A stretch of 64,000 bases of DNA from Lachnospiraceae bacterium (GTDB taxonomy: Bacteria > Bacillota > Clostridia > Lachnospirales > Lachnospiraceae), in the NCBI GenBank assembly GCA_017473905.1, contig JAFUJA010000031.1, positions 10,914 to 74,913 on the forward strand, written 5' to 3'. Shown here piece after piece: positions 10,430 through 20,638 of this stretch; position 1 is the stretch's first letter, and the number at the start of each line of letters is the position of its first letter. The position numbers and the translations under genes were made by a program. The notes below the pieces were generated by a model. It did no database searches, was not told where the DNA came from, and was given only the letters and a program-made list of their open reading frames with translations.

Positions 10430-10612
10430 TTAATCTTCGATTTTGATAATCTCTTTTTTGTTGTAGCATCCGCAAGCCTTGCAAACTCTGTGGGGAGCTG
10501 TCAACGCGCCACACTTGTTGCATTTAACCAAAGTAGGAGCACTCATTTTCCAGTTTGCTCTTCTTTTATCTCTTCTGCCTTTGGAAGATTTATTTTTAGG
10601 ACAAATAGACAT
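10430..10612 (-). CDS. rpmF: 50S ribosomal protein L32 (zinc-ribbon type)
   Basis: MSICPKNKSSKGRRDKRRANWK...CNKCG...HRVCKACG; GGAGGTG RBS on - strand at 10620-10626. Confidence 0.95.
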   Translation of the reverse strand: MSICPKNKSSKGRRDKRRANWKMSAPTLVKCNKCGALTAPHRVCKACGCYNKKEIIKIED

Positions 10613-10664
10613 TGTATTACACCTCCATATCAAACCAATTACGTAAATATTCCGTACTTTTCAG

Positions 10665-10693
10665 ATTATACAGTTATCTGAGGGCTTTGTCAA
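10665..10693 (-). promoter_or_regulatory. Consensus sigma-A promoter of rpmF
   Basis: TTGACA-17 nt-TATAAT on the - strand. Confidence 0.85.
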
Positions 10694-10742
10694 TAAAAAA
10701 ATTTATGTTTTCAAAGTGTTTTCGCGGAATCTCCATAAAAAC

Positions 10743-10771
10743 TTGATTTTTACGGTTTATTTTAGTATAGT
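10743..10771 (+). promoter_or_regulatory. sigma-A promoter of plsX operon
   Basis: TTGATT-17 nt-TATAGT. Confidence 0.6.
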
Positions 10772-10817
10772 AAAGAATGATTGTGTTTTAATAACAAGGG
10801 AAAGAAAGAGGCCTGTT

Positions 10818-11831
10818 ATGAGTGAAAAAATTAGAGTTGCGGTAGATGCCATGGGTGGTGATTATGCACCGCTGGAAATTGTAAAAGGTGCGGTGGAAGC
10901 TGTAGCGGAGAATTCATCCGTTGTTATCAGCCTTGTCGGAAAGGAAGATGCTGTAAAAGCAGAACTTGCAAAGTACGATTACCCTAAGGATCAGATTGAG
11001 ATTGTGAATGCCACTGAAGTGATTGAAATGGCAGAGCCTCCTGTTATGGCAATCCGTAAAAAGAAGGACTCCTCCATTGTAAAAGGTATGATGCTTGTAA
11101 AGGAAGAGAACTGTGATGCATTTGTTTCCTGCGGCAGCACCGGTGCGGTTCTGGTCGGAGGACAGGTTCTGGTCGGAAGAATTCCCGGCGTGGAAAGACC
11201 TCCTTTGGCTCCCTTAATTCCTACTGTTGACGGCATGGCATTGTTGATTGACTGTGGCGCAAATGTAGATGCAAAGCCCTCAAATCTTTTACAGTTTGCT
11301 AAAATGGGCAGTATCTATATGAAGAATATCATGGGTGTTGAGAATCCTAAGGTCGGAATTGTAAACATCGGTGCCGAAGAAGAGAAGGGTAATGCACTTG
11401 TAAAAGAAGCTTTTCCTTTATTAAAGGCCTGTCCGGATATTAATTTTGTCGGCAGTGTTGAGGCAAGAGAAATTCCTTACGGTGCAGTAGATGTTATTGT
11501 TTGCGATGCCTTTGTGGGAAATGTAATCCTTAAGCTTTATGAAGGTGTCGGCGGCGCACTTGTAAAAGTTATCAAAAACAGCATGATGGAAACGACCCGG
11601 GGTAAAATCGGCGGCGCACTTGTAAAACCCGGTATGAAGAAGGTTATGAAGAAGTTTTCTGCTTCCGAATACGGTGGCGCACCGCTTCTTGGATTAAAAG
11701 GACTTGTGGTAAAAAGCCACGGCAATTCCACTGCTGTCGAGGTAAAAGCCTCCATTTTAAATTGTATTGAATTTAAGAAAAACGATATTAACGGTAAAAT
11801 CAGTGAAAGCTTGAAGAAAACAGATGACTGA
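10818..11831 (+). CDS. plsX: Phosphate acyltransferase PlsX
   Basis: VAVDAMGGDYAP, LIDCGANVD, NIGAEEEKG, YGGAPLLGL..LVVKSHG. Confidence 0.95.
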   Translation: MSEKIRVAVDAMGGDYAPLEIVKGAVEAVAENSSVVISLVGKEDAVKAELAKYDYPKDQIEIVNATEVIEMAEPPVMAIRKKKDSSIVKGMMLVKEENCDAFVSCGSTGAVLVGGQVLVGRIPGVERPPLAPLIPTVDGMALLIDCGANVDAKPSNLLQFAKMGSIYMKNIMGVENPKVGIVNIGAEEEKGNALVKEAFPLLKACPDINFVGSVEAREIPYGAVDVIVCDAFVGNVILKLYEGVGGALVKVIKNSMMETTRGKIGGALVKPGMKKVMKKFSASEYGGAPLLGLKGLVVKSHGNSTAVEVKASILNCIEFKKNDINGKISESLKKTDD

Positions 11832-11867
11832 TTTTTAAGATGAAACATAAGTTACGAGGGGAAAACA

Positions 11868-12104
11868 ATGGAACTTGACAGTTTAAAAGCAGTTGTTGCG
11901 GATGTTTTAAAAGTAGATCCCAATGAACTGACTGAACGTACCACTTTTATGGGTGATCTGGGTGCGGATTCTCTGGATGTGTACCAGATTGTAAACGAAT
12001 TGGAAGACCGGTTGAATATTACACTGGAAGAGGAAGAAATCGAAAGAATTTCTACCATTGGTGAAGCTGTTGAGTTAATCAAAAAAGCTGAACGGAAACA
12101 GTAA
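11868..12104 (+). CDS. acpP: Acyl carrier protein
   Basis: DLGADSLD phosphopantetheine site; acidic 78 aa; between plsX and rnc. Confidence 0.93.
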   Translation: MELDSLKAVVADVLKVDPNELTERTTFMGDLGADSLDVYQIVNELEDRLNITLEEEEIERISTIGEAVELIKKAERKQ

Positions 12105-12131
12105 ATTTGTAACAAAAGGTTGGTAATACAA

Positions 12132-12830
12132 ATGGATATGGAACTTCATTTAAAAGAGGTAGAAGAACGAATCGGGTATGTTTTCGGTAATAAGGAATTG
12201 TTACGAAGTGCCATTACTCACAGTTCTTTTACAAATGAGTTAAAAATCAATAAATGGGAGTGCTACCAGCGTTTGGAATATCTGGGAGATGCGGTTTTGG
12301 AACTTACGATAAGTGAATATCTGTTCCGCAACTATCCGGAGATGTCTGAAGGAAAAATGTCTAAAGTAAGAGCATCTATGGTATGTGAGCAGGCACTTGC
12401 TTTTTGTGCCAAGGATATTTGTCTTGGTAAGTACATTCTTCTCGGAAAAGGAGAAGAAAGCGGCGGCGGACGTGAGCGTAATTCCATTATTTCCGATGTT
12501 TTTGAAGCAATTATCGGAGCGATTTATATGGATGGCGGTTTTGAGCCTGCCCGTGCTTTTATTTCCAAATATGTGCTGGAAGATATCGGAGAACGTCAGT
12601 TATTCGTAGACAGTAAAAGTATTTTACAGGAAATGGTACAGGGAAGCGGCTCTCATCAGGGACCCGTATATAAGCTTGTTTCTGAAACCGGTCCTGAGCA
12701 CAATAAAGTATTTGAAGTTGCGGTATATGTGGATGAAAACTGTATGGCGACCGCAACCGGACACAATAAAAAAGACGCAGAACAAAAGGCTGCCTATATT
12801 GCATTAAAAAAGCTGAAAGAGCAGCAGTAA
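12132..12830 (+). CDS. rnc: Ribonuclease III
   Basis: QRLEYLGDAVL signature, SDVFEAIIGAIY, C-terminal dsRBD (GPEHNK...KKDAEQKAA). Confidence 0.95.
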   Translation: MDMELHLKEVEERIGYVFGNKELLRSAITHSSFTNELKINKWECYQRLEYLGDAVLELTISEYLFRNYPEMSEGKMSKVRASMVCEQALAFCAKDICLGKYILLGKGEESGGGRERNSIISDVFEAIIGAIYMDGGFEPARAFISKYVLEDIGERQLFVDSKSILQEMVQGSGSHQGPVYKLVSETGPEHNKVFEVAVYVDENCMATATGHNKKDAEQKAAYIALKKLKEQQ

Positions 12831-12863
12831 TCTTGGTTTGACAGAGTAAAAGGATAGGAACAA

Positions 12864-15800
12864 ATGTATTTAAAAAGCATTGAAATGCACGGATTTAAAT
12901 CCTTTGCAAATAAAATGGTTTTAAAATTTAATAACGGCATCACCGGTATTGTAGGACCTAACGGCAGTGGTAAAAGTAATGTTGCCGATGCGGTACGATG
13001 GGTTTTGGGTGAACAGCGTATCAAACAGCTGCGTGGTGCGTCCATGCAGGATGTTATTTTCTCCGGAACGCAGATGCGTAAGCCTGTGGGTTCTGCGTAT
13101 GTTGCCATTACTTTGGATAACTCTGACCATCAGCTTGCCATTGATTATGAAGAGGTAACCGTGGCAAGAAGAATTTACCGTTCCGGTGAAAGCGAGTACT
13201 TAATTAACGGTAATGTGTGCCGTTTGAAGGACGTAAACGAGCTTTTTTATGATACCGGTATCGGTAAGGAAGGCTATTCCATTATCGGACAGGGTCAGAT
13301 TGACAGAATCTTAAGCAGTAAGCCGGAAGACCGTCGTGAATTGTTTGATGAGGCTGCCGGTATCGTTAAGTTTAAAAGACGTAAGGTGGAGGCTTGCAGA
13401 AAGCTGGAAACCGAACAGCAGAATCTTGTCCGTGTTACGGATATTCTTTCCGAACTTGAAAAGCAGATCGGGCCTTTGGAGAAACAGTCTGAAAAGGCTA
13501 AGGTTTACCTGAAGAAGAAGGAAGAATTAAAAACGCTTGATGTGAACGTGTTCCTTTTGGAAAGTGAACGTGTCAGAGAGCAGCTGGAAGAACTTGCTAA
13601 AAAAATCGTTATTGCGGAGGAAGATTACCGCAGAACCAACGAGTCCAACGATAAGTTAAAAGATGAGTACGAAGAGATTACAACACTTTTGGAAACGTTG
13701 GAAGGTGAGATTGAAGCGTCCCGTTCCAGTCTTGCAAATACAGATGTGCTTCGTGAAAAATTGGAAGGTGAAATTAAGCTTTTAAAAGAGCAGATTCATT
13801 CCGCCGAAGGCAATAAGGAGCATATGAACAGCCGTCTTGCATCCGTAGATGCTTCCATAAAGGAAAAAGAGGATGAGAAGGCTGTCATTCTCGAGCAGAA
13901 AAAAGTAATTGACGATAAAACTGCAGAAGGTGTGGAAGCAAGAGACGAAGAAAGAGAAAAACTGCTTGCATGCCAGACCAATATCGAAACATTGAATTTC
14001 AGTGTTGAGATGAGCAAAAACTTAATCATTGAGTTATTGAATGAACGTGCCACCATCAAATCCCAGCTGGGACGTCTGGATTCCGAAAACGAACATAATA
14101 ATATCCGTCTTGCGGAATTAAATGCCAGACTTTTAAAGGCCAAAAGTGAAGAGGCGGAGCAGGATACCGTGATTATAGCCCTTGAAGAGGCATTTGAAAA
14201 AATCACCGCTGAAATCGGTGAAAGAAATCACGCGCTTCGTGTTATGGAAGAACGTTTGACCCAGTTCAGAGATGATATTAATGCACTGGAACAGGAGAAA
14301 AAGGACAAGCAGATTCTGTATCATCAGGAAAAATCCAAGCTGGAAACCATCAAAAATCTTGCAGAGCGTTATGACGGTTATAACAACAGTATCCGTAAGG
14401 TAATGGAGCAGAAGGAAGATAATCCGGGAATCTGTGGTGTTGTTGCGGATATTATTAAGGTTGATAAAAAATATGAAGTTGCCATTGAAACAGCTTTGGG
14501 CGGTAACATCCAGAATATTGTTACCGATAATGAGTCAACCGCGAAGAAGATGATTAACTTCTTAAAAGAGAATCGTCTGGGAAGAGCAACTTTCCTTCCT
14601 TTGACCAGTCTTACCAATCCCCAGGAATTCAAAAATCCGGAGGCATTGGATGAAAAAGGTGTCATCGGTATGGCCGATGAACTGGTATCTCAGGAAGATA
14701 AGTATAAAAATGTTTCCAAGTCTATGCTCGGCCGTATTATGGTGGTTGACAATGTAGACAATGCCTTAAAAATTGCCAAGAAGTTTGATTACGGTATCCG
14801 TATGGTAACCCTTGAAGGCGAACTTCTGGTGCCCGGCGGTGCAATCAGCGGTGGTGCTTTTAAAAACGGCAGCAACCTTTTAGGTCGCCGAAGAGAAGTA
14901 ACCGAACTGGAAGAAAAGGCTTCAGCACTTGCCAAAGAGCTGGATGCGATTGTGGACAAGCTGGAACAGATTCGTGAAGAACGTAATAAGGTTCGTCTGG
15001 AACTGGCTGCCGGAAAAGATGAGTTACAGGATGCTTTTATCCGTCAGAATACCGCTCGTATGAATGTGGCACAGGCCCAGGAGAAGCGAGGCAGTGTGCA
15101 GCGTGGATTCGATGAATTGAAGGAAGAAGAGAATGAAATCCGTGAAGCAATCCGCAATATGGAAGCGGAGAAACAGCGGATTGCGGATTCCCTAAAAGCA
15201 TCTGAAGATCAGGAAAGCCGTGAAAAAGAGAAGATTACCTCCAATCAGGCATTGTTGGAAGAAGCCCGCAAGGAAGAAACTGTCTGCTTAAACAGCGTAT
15301 CCGAAATGGATGTGGAAGTAGAGAAACTATTACAGCGTCAGGGCTTTGAGCAACAGAACTTAGACCGTGTGGAAGGGGAAATTGCCCGCCATATGGAAGA
15401 GAAAGAGGAAATCGTAAGCGGTATCGGTTTGAGCGAAAGCGATATTGAACTGAAGAAAAACAATATTGTTGAAATTGAAAAAACAATTGAGGCTTCTTTT
15501 ACAACCAAGTCTGAAACTCAGACCAGATTAAATGAAGCAGTTGCAAAGAAGGATGAATTATCAGCAAAACAGAAAAACTTCTTTGATGAACGGGAGAAAT
15601 TAACCAAACAGATTACTGACCTGGATAAGGAATTGTTCCGTCTCAGATCCCAGCGGGAGCGTGCGGAGGAATCCATTGAGTCCAAGAGCAGTTATATGTG
15701 GCAGGAGTATGAAATAACCCTTCATGATGCGACGCTTCTTCGAAATGAAGAAATGAATGACCTGCCTGCAATGAAGAAAAGCATTGTAGAGATTAAGGAC

Positions 15801-16424
15801 GCAATTAAGAAGCTTGGAGACGTTAACGTGAACGCAATTGAGGATTACAAGGCAGTATCCGAGCGTTATACCTTCTTAAGCGGACAGCATGCGGACTTGA
15901 TTGAAGCGGAGAAGACCCTGCAACAGATAATTGAGCAGCTGGATGAGTCCATGCGTAAGCAGTTTAAGGAACGTTTTCTGGAGATTACCAAGGAGTTTGA
16001 TAAGGTATTCAAGGAACTTTTCGGCGGTGGTCAGGCGACCTTGGAGCTTATGGACGATGAGGATATCCTTGAAGCCGGAATCAAAATCAATGCACAGCCT
16101 CCCGGCAAGAAACTTCAGAATATGATGCAGCTCTCCGGTGGGGAGAAAGCGTTGACGGCAATTTCACTATTATTTGCCATCCAGAACTTAAAACCGTCTC
16201 CTTTCTGTCTTTTAGACGAAATCGAAGCGGCACTGGATGAAAGCAACGTAGAGCGATTTGCAAAATACTTACATAAAATGACCAAGTCCACTCAGTTTAT
16301 CGTTATTACACACAGACGAGGTACCATGGATCAGGCAAATCAGTTGTACGGTATTACCATGCAGGAGAAGGGTGTATCCACACTGGTAAGTGTTAACCTG
16401 ATTGATAAGGAATTGGATAATTAG
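12864..16424 (+). CDS. smc: Chromosome segregation protein SMC
   Basis: GFKSF, GPNGSGKSN Walker A, coiled coils, GRATFLPL hinge, LSGGE, LLDEIEAALD. Confidence 0.97.
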   Translation: MYLKSIEMHGFKSFANKMVLKFNNGITGIVGPNGSGKSNVADAVRWVLGEQRIKQLRGASMQDVIFSGTQMRKPVGSAYVAITLDNSDHQLAIDYEEVTVARRIYRSGESEYLINGNVCRLKDVNELFYDTGIGKEGYSIIGQGQIDRILSSKPEDRRELFDEAAGIVKFKRRKVEACRKLETEQQNLVRVTDILSELEKQIGPLEKQSEKAKVYLKKKEELKTLDVNVFLLESERVREQLEELAKKIVIAEEDYRRTNESNDKLKDEYEEITTLLETLEGEIEASRSSLANTDVLREKLEGEIKLLKEQIHSAEGNKEHMNSRLASVDASIKEKEDEKAVILEQKKVIDDKTAEGVEARDEEREKLLACQTNIETLNFSVEMSKNLIIELLNERATIKSQLGRLDSENEHNNIRLAELNARLLKAKSEEAEQDTVIIALEEAFEKITAEIGERNHALRVMEERLTQFRDDINALEQEKKDKQILYHQEKSKLETIKNLAERYDGYNNSIRKVMEQKEDNPGICGVVADIIKVDKKYEVAIETALGGNIQNIVTDNESTAKKMINFLKENRLGRATFLPLTSLTNPQEFKNPEALDEKGVIGMADELVSQEDKYKNVSKSMLGRIMVVDNVDNALKIAKKFDYGIRMVTLEGELLVPGGAISGGAFKNGSNLLGRRREVTELEEKASALAKELDAIVDKLEQIREERNKVRLELAAGKDELQDAFIRQNTARMNVAQAQEKRGSVQRGFDELKEEENEIREAIRNMEAEKQRIADSLKASEDQESREKEKITSNQALLEEARKEETVCLNSVSEMDVEVEKLLQRQGFEQQNLDRVEGEIARHMEEKEEIVSGIGLSESDIELKKNNIVEIEKTIEASFTTKSETQTRLNEAVAKKDELSAKQKNFFDEREKLTKQITDLDKELFRLRSQRERAEESIESKSSYMWQEYEITLHDATLLRNEEMNDLPAMKKSIVEIKDAIKKLGDVNVNAIEDYKAVSERYTFLSGQHADLIEAEKTLQQIIEQLDESMRKQFKERFLEITKEFDKVFKELFGGGQATLELMDDEDILEAGIKINAQPPGKKLQNMMQLSGGEKALTAISLLFAIQNLKPSPFCLLDEIEAALDESNVERFAKYLHKMTKSTQFIVITHRRGTMDQANQLYGITMQEKGVSTLVSVNLIDKELDN

Positions 16425-16437
16425 AAAGGCTATCATT

Positions 16438-17370
16438 ATGAGTGAAGAAAAAAAAGGTTTTTTTGCCCGTTTAAAACAAGGTCTTGCAAAAACAAGAAAC
16501 AACATTGTTCATGGAATGGATTCTGTTTTTAAGGGCTTTTCACACATTGATGAAGATTTTTATGAGGAGCTGGAAGAAGTTCTCATTATGGGAGATATCG
16601 GTATCAATGCCACCAGCGAAATCATAGAAAGACTGAAAAAACAGGTAAAAGAGCAGGGAATCAAAGAGCCTTCCGAGTGTCGTGCCCTTCTGATTGAAAA
16701 TATCAAGAAGCAGATGGAAGTTGGAGAAACTGCTTATGACTTCGAAAAGGAACAGTCAGTTGTTCTTGTAATCGGTGTAAACGGTGTTGGTAAAACCACC
16801 ACGGTAGGCAAGCTTGCGGGAAAGTTAAAAGACAACGGCAGAAGGGTTTTAATTGCTGCTGCGGATACTTTCCGTGCAGCTGCGGTAGAGCAGCTTGAGG
16901 AATGGTCCAATCGTGCCGGTGTGGAAATCATCAAGGCCTCTACAGGATCTGACCCGGCAAGTGTTATTTATGATGCGGTAATTGCGGCAAAGGCAAGAAA
17001 AGCGGATGTTTTGATTTGCGATACGGCGGGACGTCTTCATAATAAGAAAAATCTTATGGAAGAGTTAAAGAAAATCAATCGTATCATTGACAGGGAATTT
17101 CCCAATGCCCACAGAGAAAATCTGATTGTACTTGATGGTACCACGGGACAGAATGCCCTGATGCAAGCCCGTGAATTCGGTGAAGTTGCCAACCTGACCG
17201 GAATTGTGCTTACCAAGCTTGACGGAACGGCAAAAGGCGGCATTGCCGTAGCAATCCAGTCTGAATTAAAGGTTCCCGTAAAATACATCGGCGTAGGTGA
17301 ATCCATTGAAGATTTACAGAAGTTTGACAGTGAACAGTTTGTAAATGCCCTTTTTGATTTGGATGAATAG
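16438..17370 (+). CDS. ftsY: SRP receptor FtsY
   Basis: GVNGVGKTTT, DTFRAAA, DTAGRLH, TKLDGTAKGG. Confidence 0.97.
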   Translation: MSEEKKGFFARLKQGLAKTRNNIVHGMDSVFKGFSHIDEDFYEELEEVLIMGDIGINATSEIIERLKKQVKEQGIKEPSECRALLIENIKKQMEVGETAYDFEKEQSVVLVIGVNGVGKTTTVGKLAGKLKDNGRRVLIAAADTFRAAAVEQLEEWSNRAGVEIIKASTGSDPASVIYDAVIAAKARKADVLICDTAGRLHNKKNLMEELKKINRIIDREFPNAHRENLIVLDGTTGQNALMQAREFGEVANLTGIVLTKLDGTAKGGIAVAIQSELKVPVKYIGVGESIEDLQKFDSEQFVNALFDLDE

Positions 17371-17383
17371 AATATTTTTACAT

Positions 17384-17424
17384 AAAAAAGGAAAGCTAAT
17401 AGAAATGATTGGCTTTCTTTTTTT
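17384..17424 (+). terminator. Terminator after ftsY
   Basis: GAAAGCTAAT...ATTGGCTTTC stem plus T-run. Confidence 0.75.
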
Positions 17425-17453
17425 AATGTAAAAAAGAGGCGAAAGGAGCAGGA

Positions 17454-18338
17454 ATGGAAGAATCAAGAGGCTTATGGCTAAATGCGGATAATAAAAAGAG
17501 AATGAAAAAAATGTTTCAGTGGGTATTTGTCATACCCATTGCCTCTTTGATTTATGCGACGGGAATCAGTTTATTTCTGGATCCCAACCAGCTTGCGCCG
17601 GGAGGCATTACTGGTATTTCCATTATTTTAAACCGTTTTACCAATATTGATACCGGAACTCTGATTCTAGTTCTGAATCTTCCTTTGCTTGCTATTGCCT
17701 GGATAAAATTCGGTTTTTATTTTGTGATGTCTTCTTTGTATGCCCTAAGCTGGATATCCTTTTTTTCTAATTTCTTACAACGTCTGGAACCGGTTACGGG
17801 AGACCTTTTTCTTGCGGCAGTGGGAGGCGGTGTGTGTATGTCTCTGGGACTGGGTATTATTTTACGAATCGGTGCTACCACCGGCGGAACGGACATTGTT
17901 GTAAAACTGATTCGTTTAAAATATAAGCATGTGCGCACCGGTAAAGTATTCCTGATGGTGGATTTGTGCGTGCTTGCTCTTTCCTTCATTGCATTCCGGC
18001 AGCTGGAAACCGTCATGTATGCAGGGCTTGCCATTGGATTGATGAGCGTTGTGCTTGACTGGGTTTTATATGGCAGGGACGAAGCGAAGATGCTTTATGT
18101 TATCAGTGAAAAGGAAGAGGAAATAGCAGCATATTTTATGCGCGAACTGGATATGGGAGTGACTTTTTTACAAGGGAAAGGTGCCTACTCCGGACAAACA
18201 CGCAAAATCCTTTTATGTGTAATCAGAAACCGGCTGGCACCCTTTGCCCAGGAAGCGGTAAAAGAAATCGATCCTTATGCTTTTATGATTGTTACCAGTG
18301 CAAATGAAATTTTTGGAAACGGTTATAAAAAGCTTTGA
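17454..18338 (+). CDS. YitT family membrane protein
   Basis: LAPGGITGISI, GATTGGTDI, GVTFLQGKGAYSG, IDPYAFMIV..A.EIFG.G. Confidence 0.9.
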   Translation: MEESRGLWLNADNKKRMKKMFQWVFVIPIASLIYATGISLFLDPNQLAPGGITGISIILNRFTNIDTGTLILVLNLPLLAIAWIKFGFYFVMSSLYALSWISFFSNFLQRLEPVTGDLFLAAVGGGVCMSLGLGIILRIGATTGGTDIVVKLIRLKYKHVRTGKVFLMVDLCVLALSFIAFRQLETVMYAGLAIGLMSVVLDWVLYGRDEAKMLYVISEKEEEIAAYFMRELDMGVTFLQGKGAYSGQTRKILLCVIRNRLAPFAQEAVKEIDPYAFMIVTSANEIFGNGYKKL

Positions 18339-18457
18339 TTAAATTTTCGTAAAGTATTCAGATGTGACGGGAAAAATGTTATAATGGTTGTATCGGCATC
18401 GGACAAGCCTTTGTCCTAAAATAAAATGCCGGTATAACCGTAGGAAAGGGTGACGAT

Positions 18458-19333
18458 ATGAATTATATGATGATTCCCATGGAAGAGAAGGGTTCAGAAC
18501 CCGGAGCGAAACTGATTCTTTACATACAGGATTACTCCAAAGATATGAAAATACAAAAAAGACCTCTTATTCTCATGTGTCCCGGCGGGGGATACGGCAG
18601 AACTTCTGACAGAGAATCGGAGCCCATGGCATTAAAATTCCTATCCATGGGTTATCATGTGGGGCTGCTTCGCTATTCCTGCGCACCGGCAACATTCCCC
18701 ACATCTCTTACAGAGCTTGCAAGAGCAATGATGTTGATTCGCGAGCATGCAGAAGAATGGAATATTGAGAGGGATAAAATTGTAGTTCAGGGGTGCTCGG
18801 CAGGCGGACATCTTGCTGCCAGTCTCGGTATGTTCTGGCACGAGGATTTCCTTGCAAAAGAGCTTGGACTGGAAGGTGACAGAGAAGTGCTAAAGCCTTA
18901 CGGTATGCTTTTAAGCTATCCTGTTATTACTTCAGGAGAATTTGCTCATAAGGGAAGTTTTGAAAAACTTATCGGCCCTGACAGAAGTGATGAAGAGCGA
19001 GCAGAACTTTTACAGAAGCTTTCTCTGGAAAATCAGGTTACGGACAAAACGCCTCAGGCTTTTATCTGGCATACATTTGCAGATACTTCCGTACCGGTGG
19101 AGAATTCCTTACTTCTTGTCAGTGCATTCAGAAAGGCGGGTATTCCTACGGAATTCCATATGTTCCCCAGAGGAAAGCACGGACTTGCGCTTGCCAATAA
19201 GTTGACGGAAACCAACGACGGACGTGCAATTCAGGATGAGTGTGTCATTTGGATTCAGCTGGCGGAAGTCTGGCTTAAGAACTTGTTTGATGATGATAAA
19301 ACAGAAGGAAATACATTGGAAACCGTTTGGTAA
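18458..19333 (+). CDS. Alpha/beta hydrolase (acetylxylan/feruloyl esterase-like)
   Basis: CPGGGY oxyanion loop, GCSAGGHL nucleophile, D (DTSV) and H (GKHG) of the triad. Confidence 0.85.
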   Translation: MNYMMIPMEEKGSEPGAKLILYIQDYSKDMKIQKRPLILMCPGGGYGRTSDRESEPMALKFLSMGYHVGLLRYSCAPATFPTSLTELARAMMLIREHAEEWNIERDKIVVQGCSAGGHLAASLGMFWHEDFLAKELGLEGDREVLKPYGMLLSYPVITSGEFAHKGSFEKLIGPDRSDEERAELLQKLSLENQVTDKTPQAFIWHTFADTSVPVENSLLLVSAFRKAGIPTEFHMFPRGKHGLALANKLTETNDGRAIQDECVIWIQLAEVWLKNLFDDDKTEGNTLETVW

Positions 19334-19349
19334 AAAAAGGAGGTTTTGT

Positions 19350-20117
19350 ATGAAGGTTGCGATTATAACAGGTGCAACATCCGGCCTTGGCTGGGAAGCA
19401 GCGGTTCAGATTGATGAAAGATTTAAAAGCCTGGATGAAATCTGGATTATCGGAAGAAGAGAGGATAAGCTTCTTGAACTCTCTGCATGTCTGGCACACA
19501 GTACCAGAAGTTTTACCATGGATGTTACCGATGCACAGGACAGAAAAGAGTTTTGCGAAGCGCTGAAGAAATACCGCCCTAATATCAGAATGCTGTTCCA
19601 GAGTGCGGGTAAAGGGCTTCATGGTGATTTTGATAAAATGAAAATTGAGGATGAAACGGAAATGCTTCGTTTGAATTGTGAGGCGTTGCTTGAAATGACG
19701 CATCTTTGTCTGCCTTATATGAGAAAGAACAGTCATATCATTCACATTGCTTCCATGGCAGCATTCCTTCCTTTCCCGGGATATTCGGTATATGGTGCAA
19801 GCAAGGCATTTGTACTGAATTTCTCCAGAGCACTCCGGGCAGAGCTCCGCAAGAGAAAAATTCATGTCATGGCCGTTTGTCCCGGCCCCGTGAATACACC
19901 TTTCTTTGATGTGAGTGAGCGATACACCAATGGACTGAGTGCTTTTAAAAAGAAGTTTATGAATACACCGGAAAAGGTAATTAAAAAAGCCTTAAATGAT
20001 GCAGGTTCCCATAGGGCGGTGTCCGTGGATAACTGTATCATGCGTTTCTGCTATTTCTTAAGCAGAGTTTTATCCCATGATTTTATCGCAGGATTGCTAC
20101 GTTTCTTAAGAACCTAG
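19350..20117 (+). CDS. Short-chain dehydrogenase/reductase
   Basis: ITGATSGLG, YGASK, VCPGPVNT; GGAGG RBS before ATG 19350. Confidence 0.9.
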   Translation: MKVAIITGATSGLGWEAAVQIDERFKSLDEIWIIGRREDKLLELSACLAHSTRSFTMDVTDAQDRKEFCEALKKYRPNIRMLFQSAGKGLHGDFDKMKIEDETEMLRLNCEALLEMTHLCLPYMRKNSHIIHIASMAAFLPFPGYSVYGASKAFVLNFSRALRAELRKRKIHVMAVCPGPVNTPFFDVSERYTNGLSAFKKKFMNTPEKVIKKALNDAGSHRAVSVDNCIMRFCYFLSRVLSHDFIAGLLRFLRT

Positions 20118-20172
20118 CGGTTTCGGACCGGGTTTTATCGGTAAAATACTATAAAAATAAAGTTTTTTTAGG

Positions 20173-20219
20173 GGTGTCAAGAAAAAATACTTGACACCTT
20201 TCTTTTTATCATGTATGAT
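20173..20219 (+). promoter_or_regulatory. sigma-A promoter of ylxM-ffh with an overlapping palindrome
   Basis: TTGACA(20191)-17 nt-TATGAT(20214); GGTGTCAAG-N8-CTTGACACC perfect inverted repeat. Confidence 0.75.
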
Positions 20220-20278
20220 TGAACATGTTGCGGGCAAAGTGCGCGTAATTTCCTGTGAAATGGGATGGTGAATAAAAC

Positions 20279-20635
20279 ATGGAAAAGATTGTAGAACGTG
20301 GTTTGCTTTACGATTTTTATGGAGAACTGCTGACGGAACATCAGCGTTCTATCTATGAGGCATCCGCATTTCAGGATATGTCATTAAGTGAAATAGCACA
20401 GGATTTTAGCATCAGCAGACAGGGCGTACATGATACGTTGAAGCGGTGTGATAAAATTCTTACGGAATATGAAGAGAAACTCCATTTGGTGGAGAAATTC
20501 ATGAAGATTCAGGAGAATGCAAGGCAAATCAACGGCATTCTTGCTGAAATTAAGGGAACACAGGAACGAAGTGAGATACTTGCAAAATGTGATTCCATAC
20601 AGTTACTGGCCAAGGATATGATAGAGGAGTTATAG
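20279..20635 (+). CDS. ylxM: YlxM (UPF0122) HTH protein
   Basis: LYDFYGELLTEHQ, DMSLSEIA...ISRQGVHD, YEEKLHL; directly upstream of ffh. Confidence 0.93.
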   Translation: MEKIVERGLLYDFYGELLTEHQRSIYEASAFQDMSLSEIAQDFSISRQGVHDTLKRCDKILTEYEEKLHLVEKFMKIQENARQINGILAEIKGTQERSEILAKCDSIQLLAKDMIEEL

Positions 20636-20638
20636 CAA

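Noticed and set aside
11548-11627. Exact 20-nt direct repeat TCGGCGGCGCACTTGTAAAA, 60 nt apart, inside plsX
   Set aside because: Both copies encode GGALVK in frame in a normal-length PlsX; only two copies and no sign of an insertion
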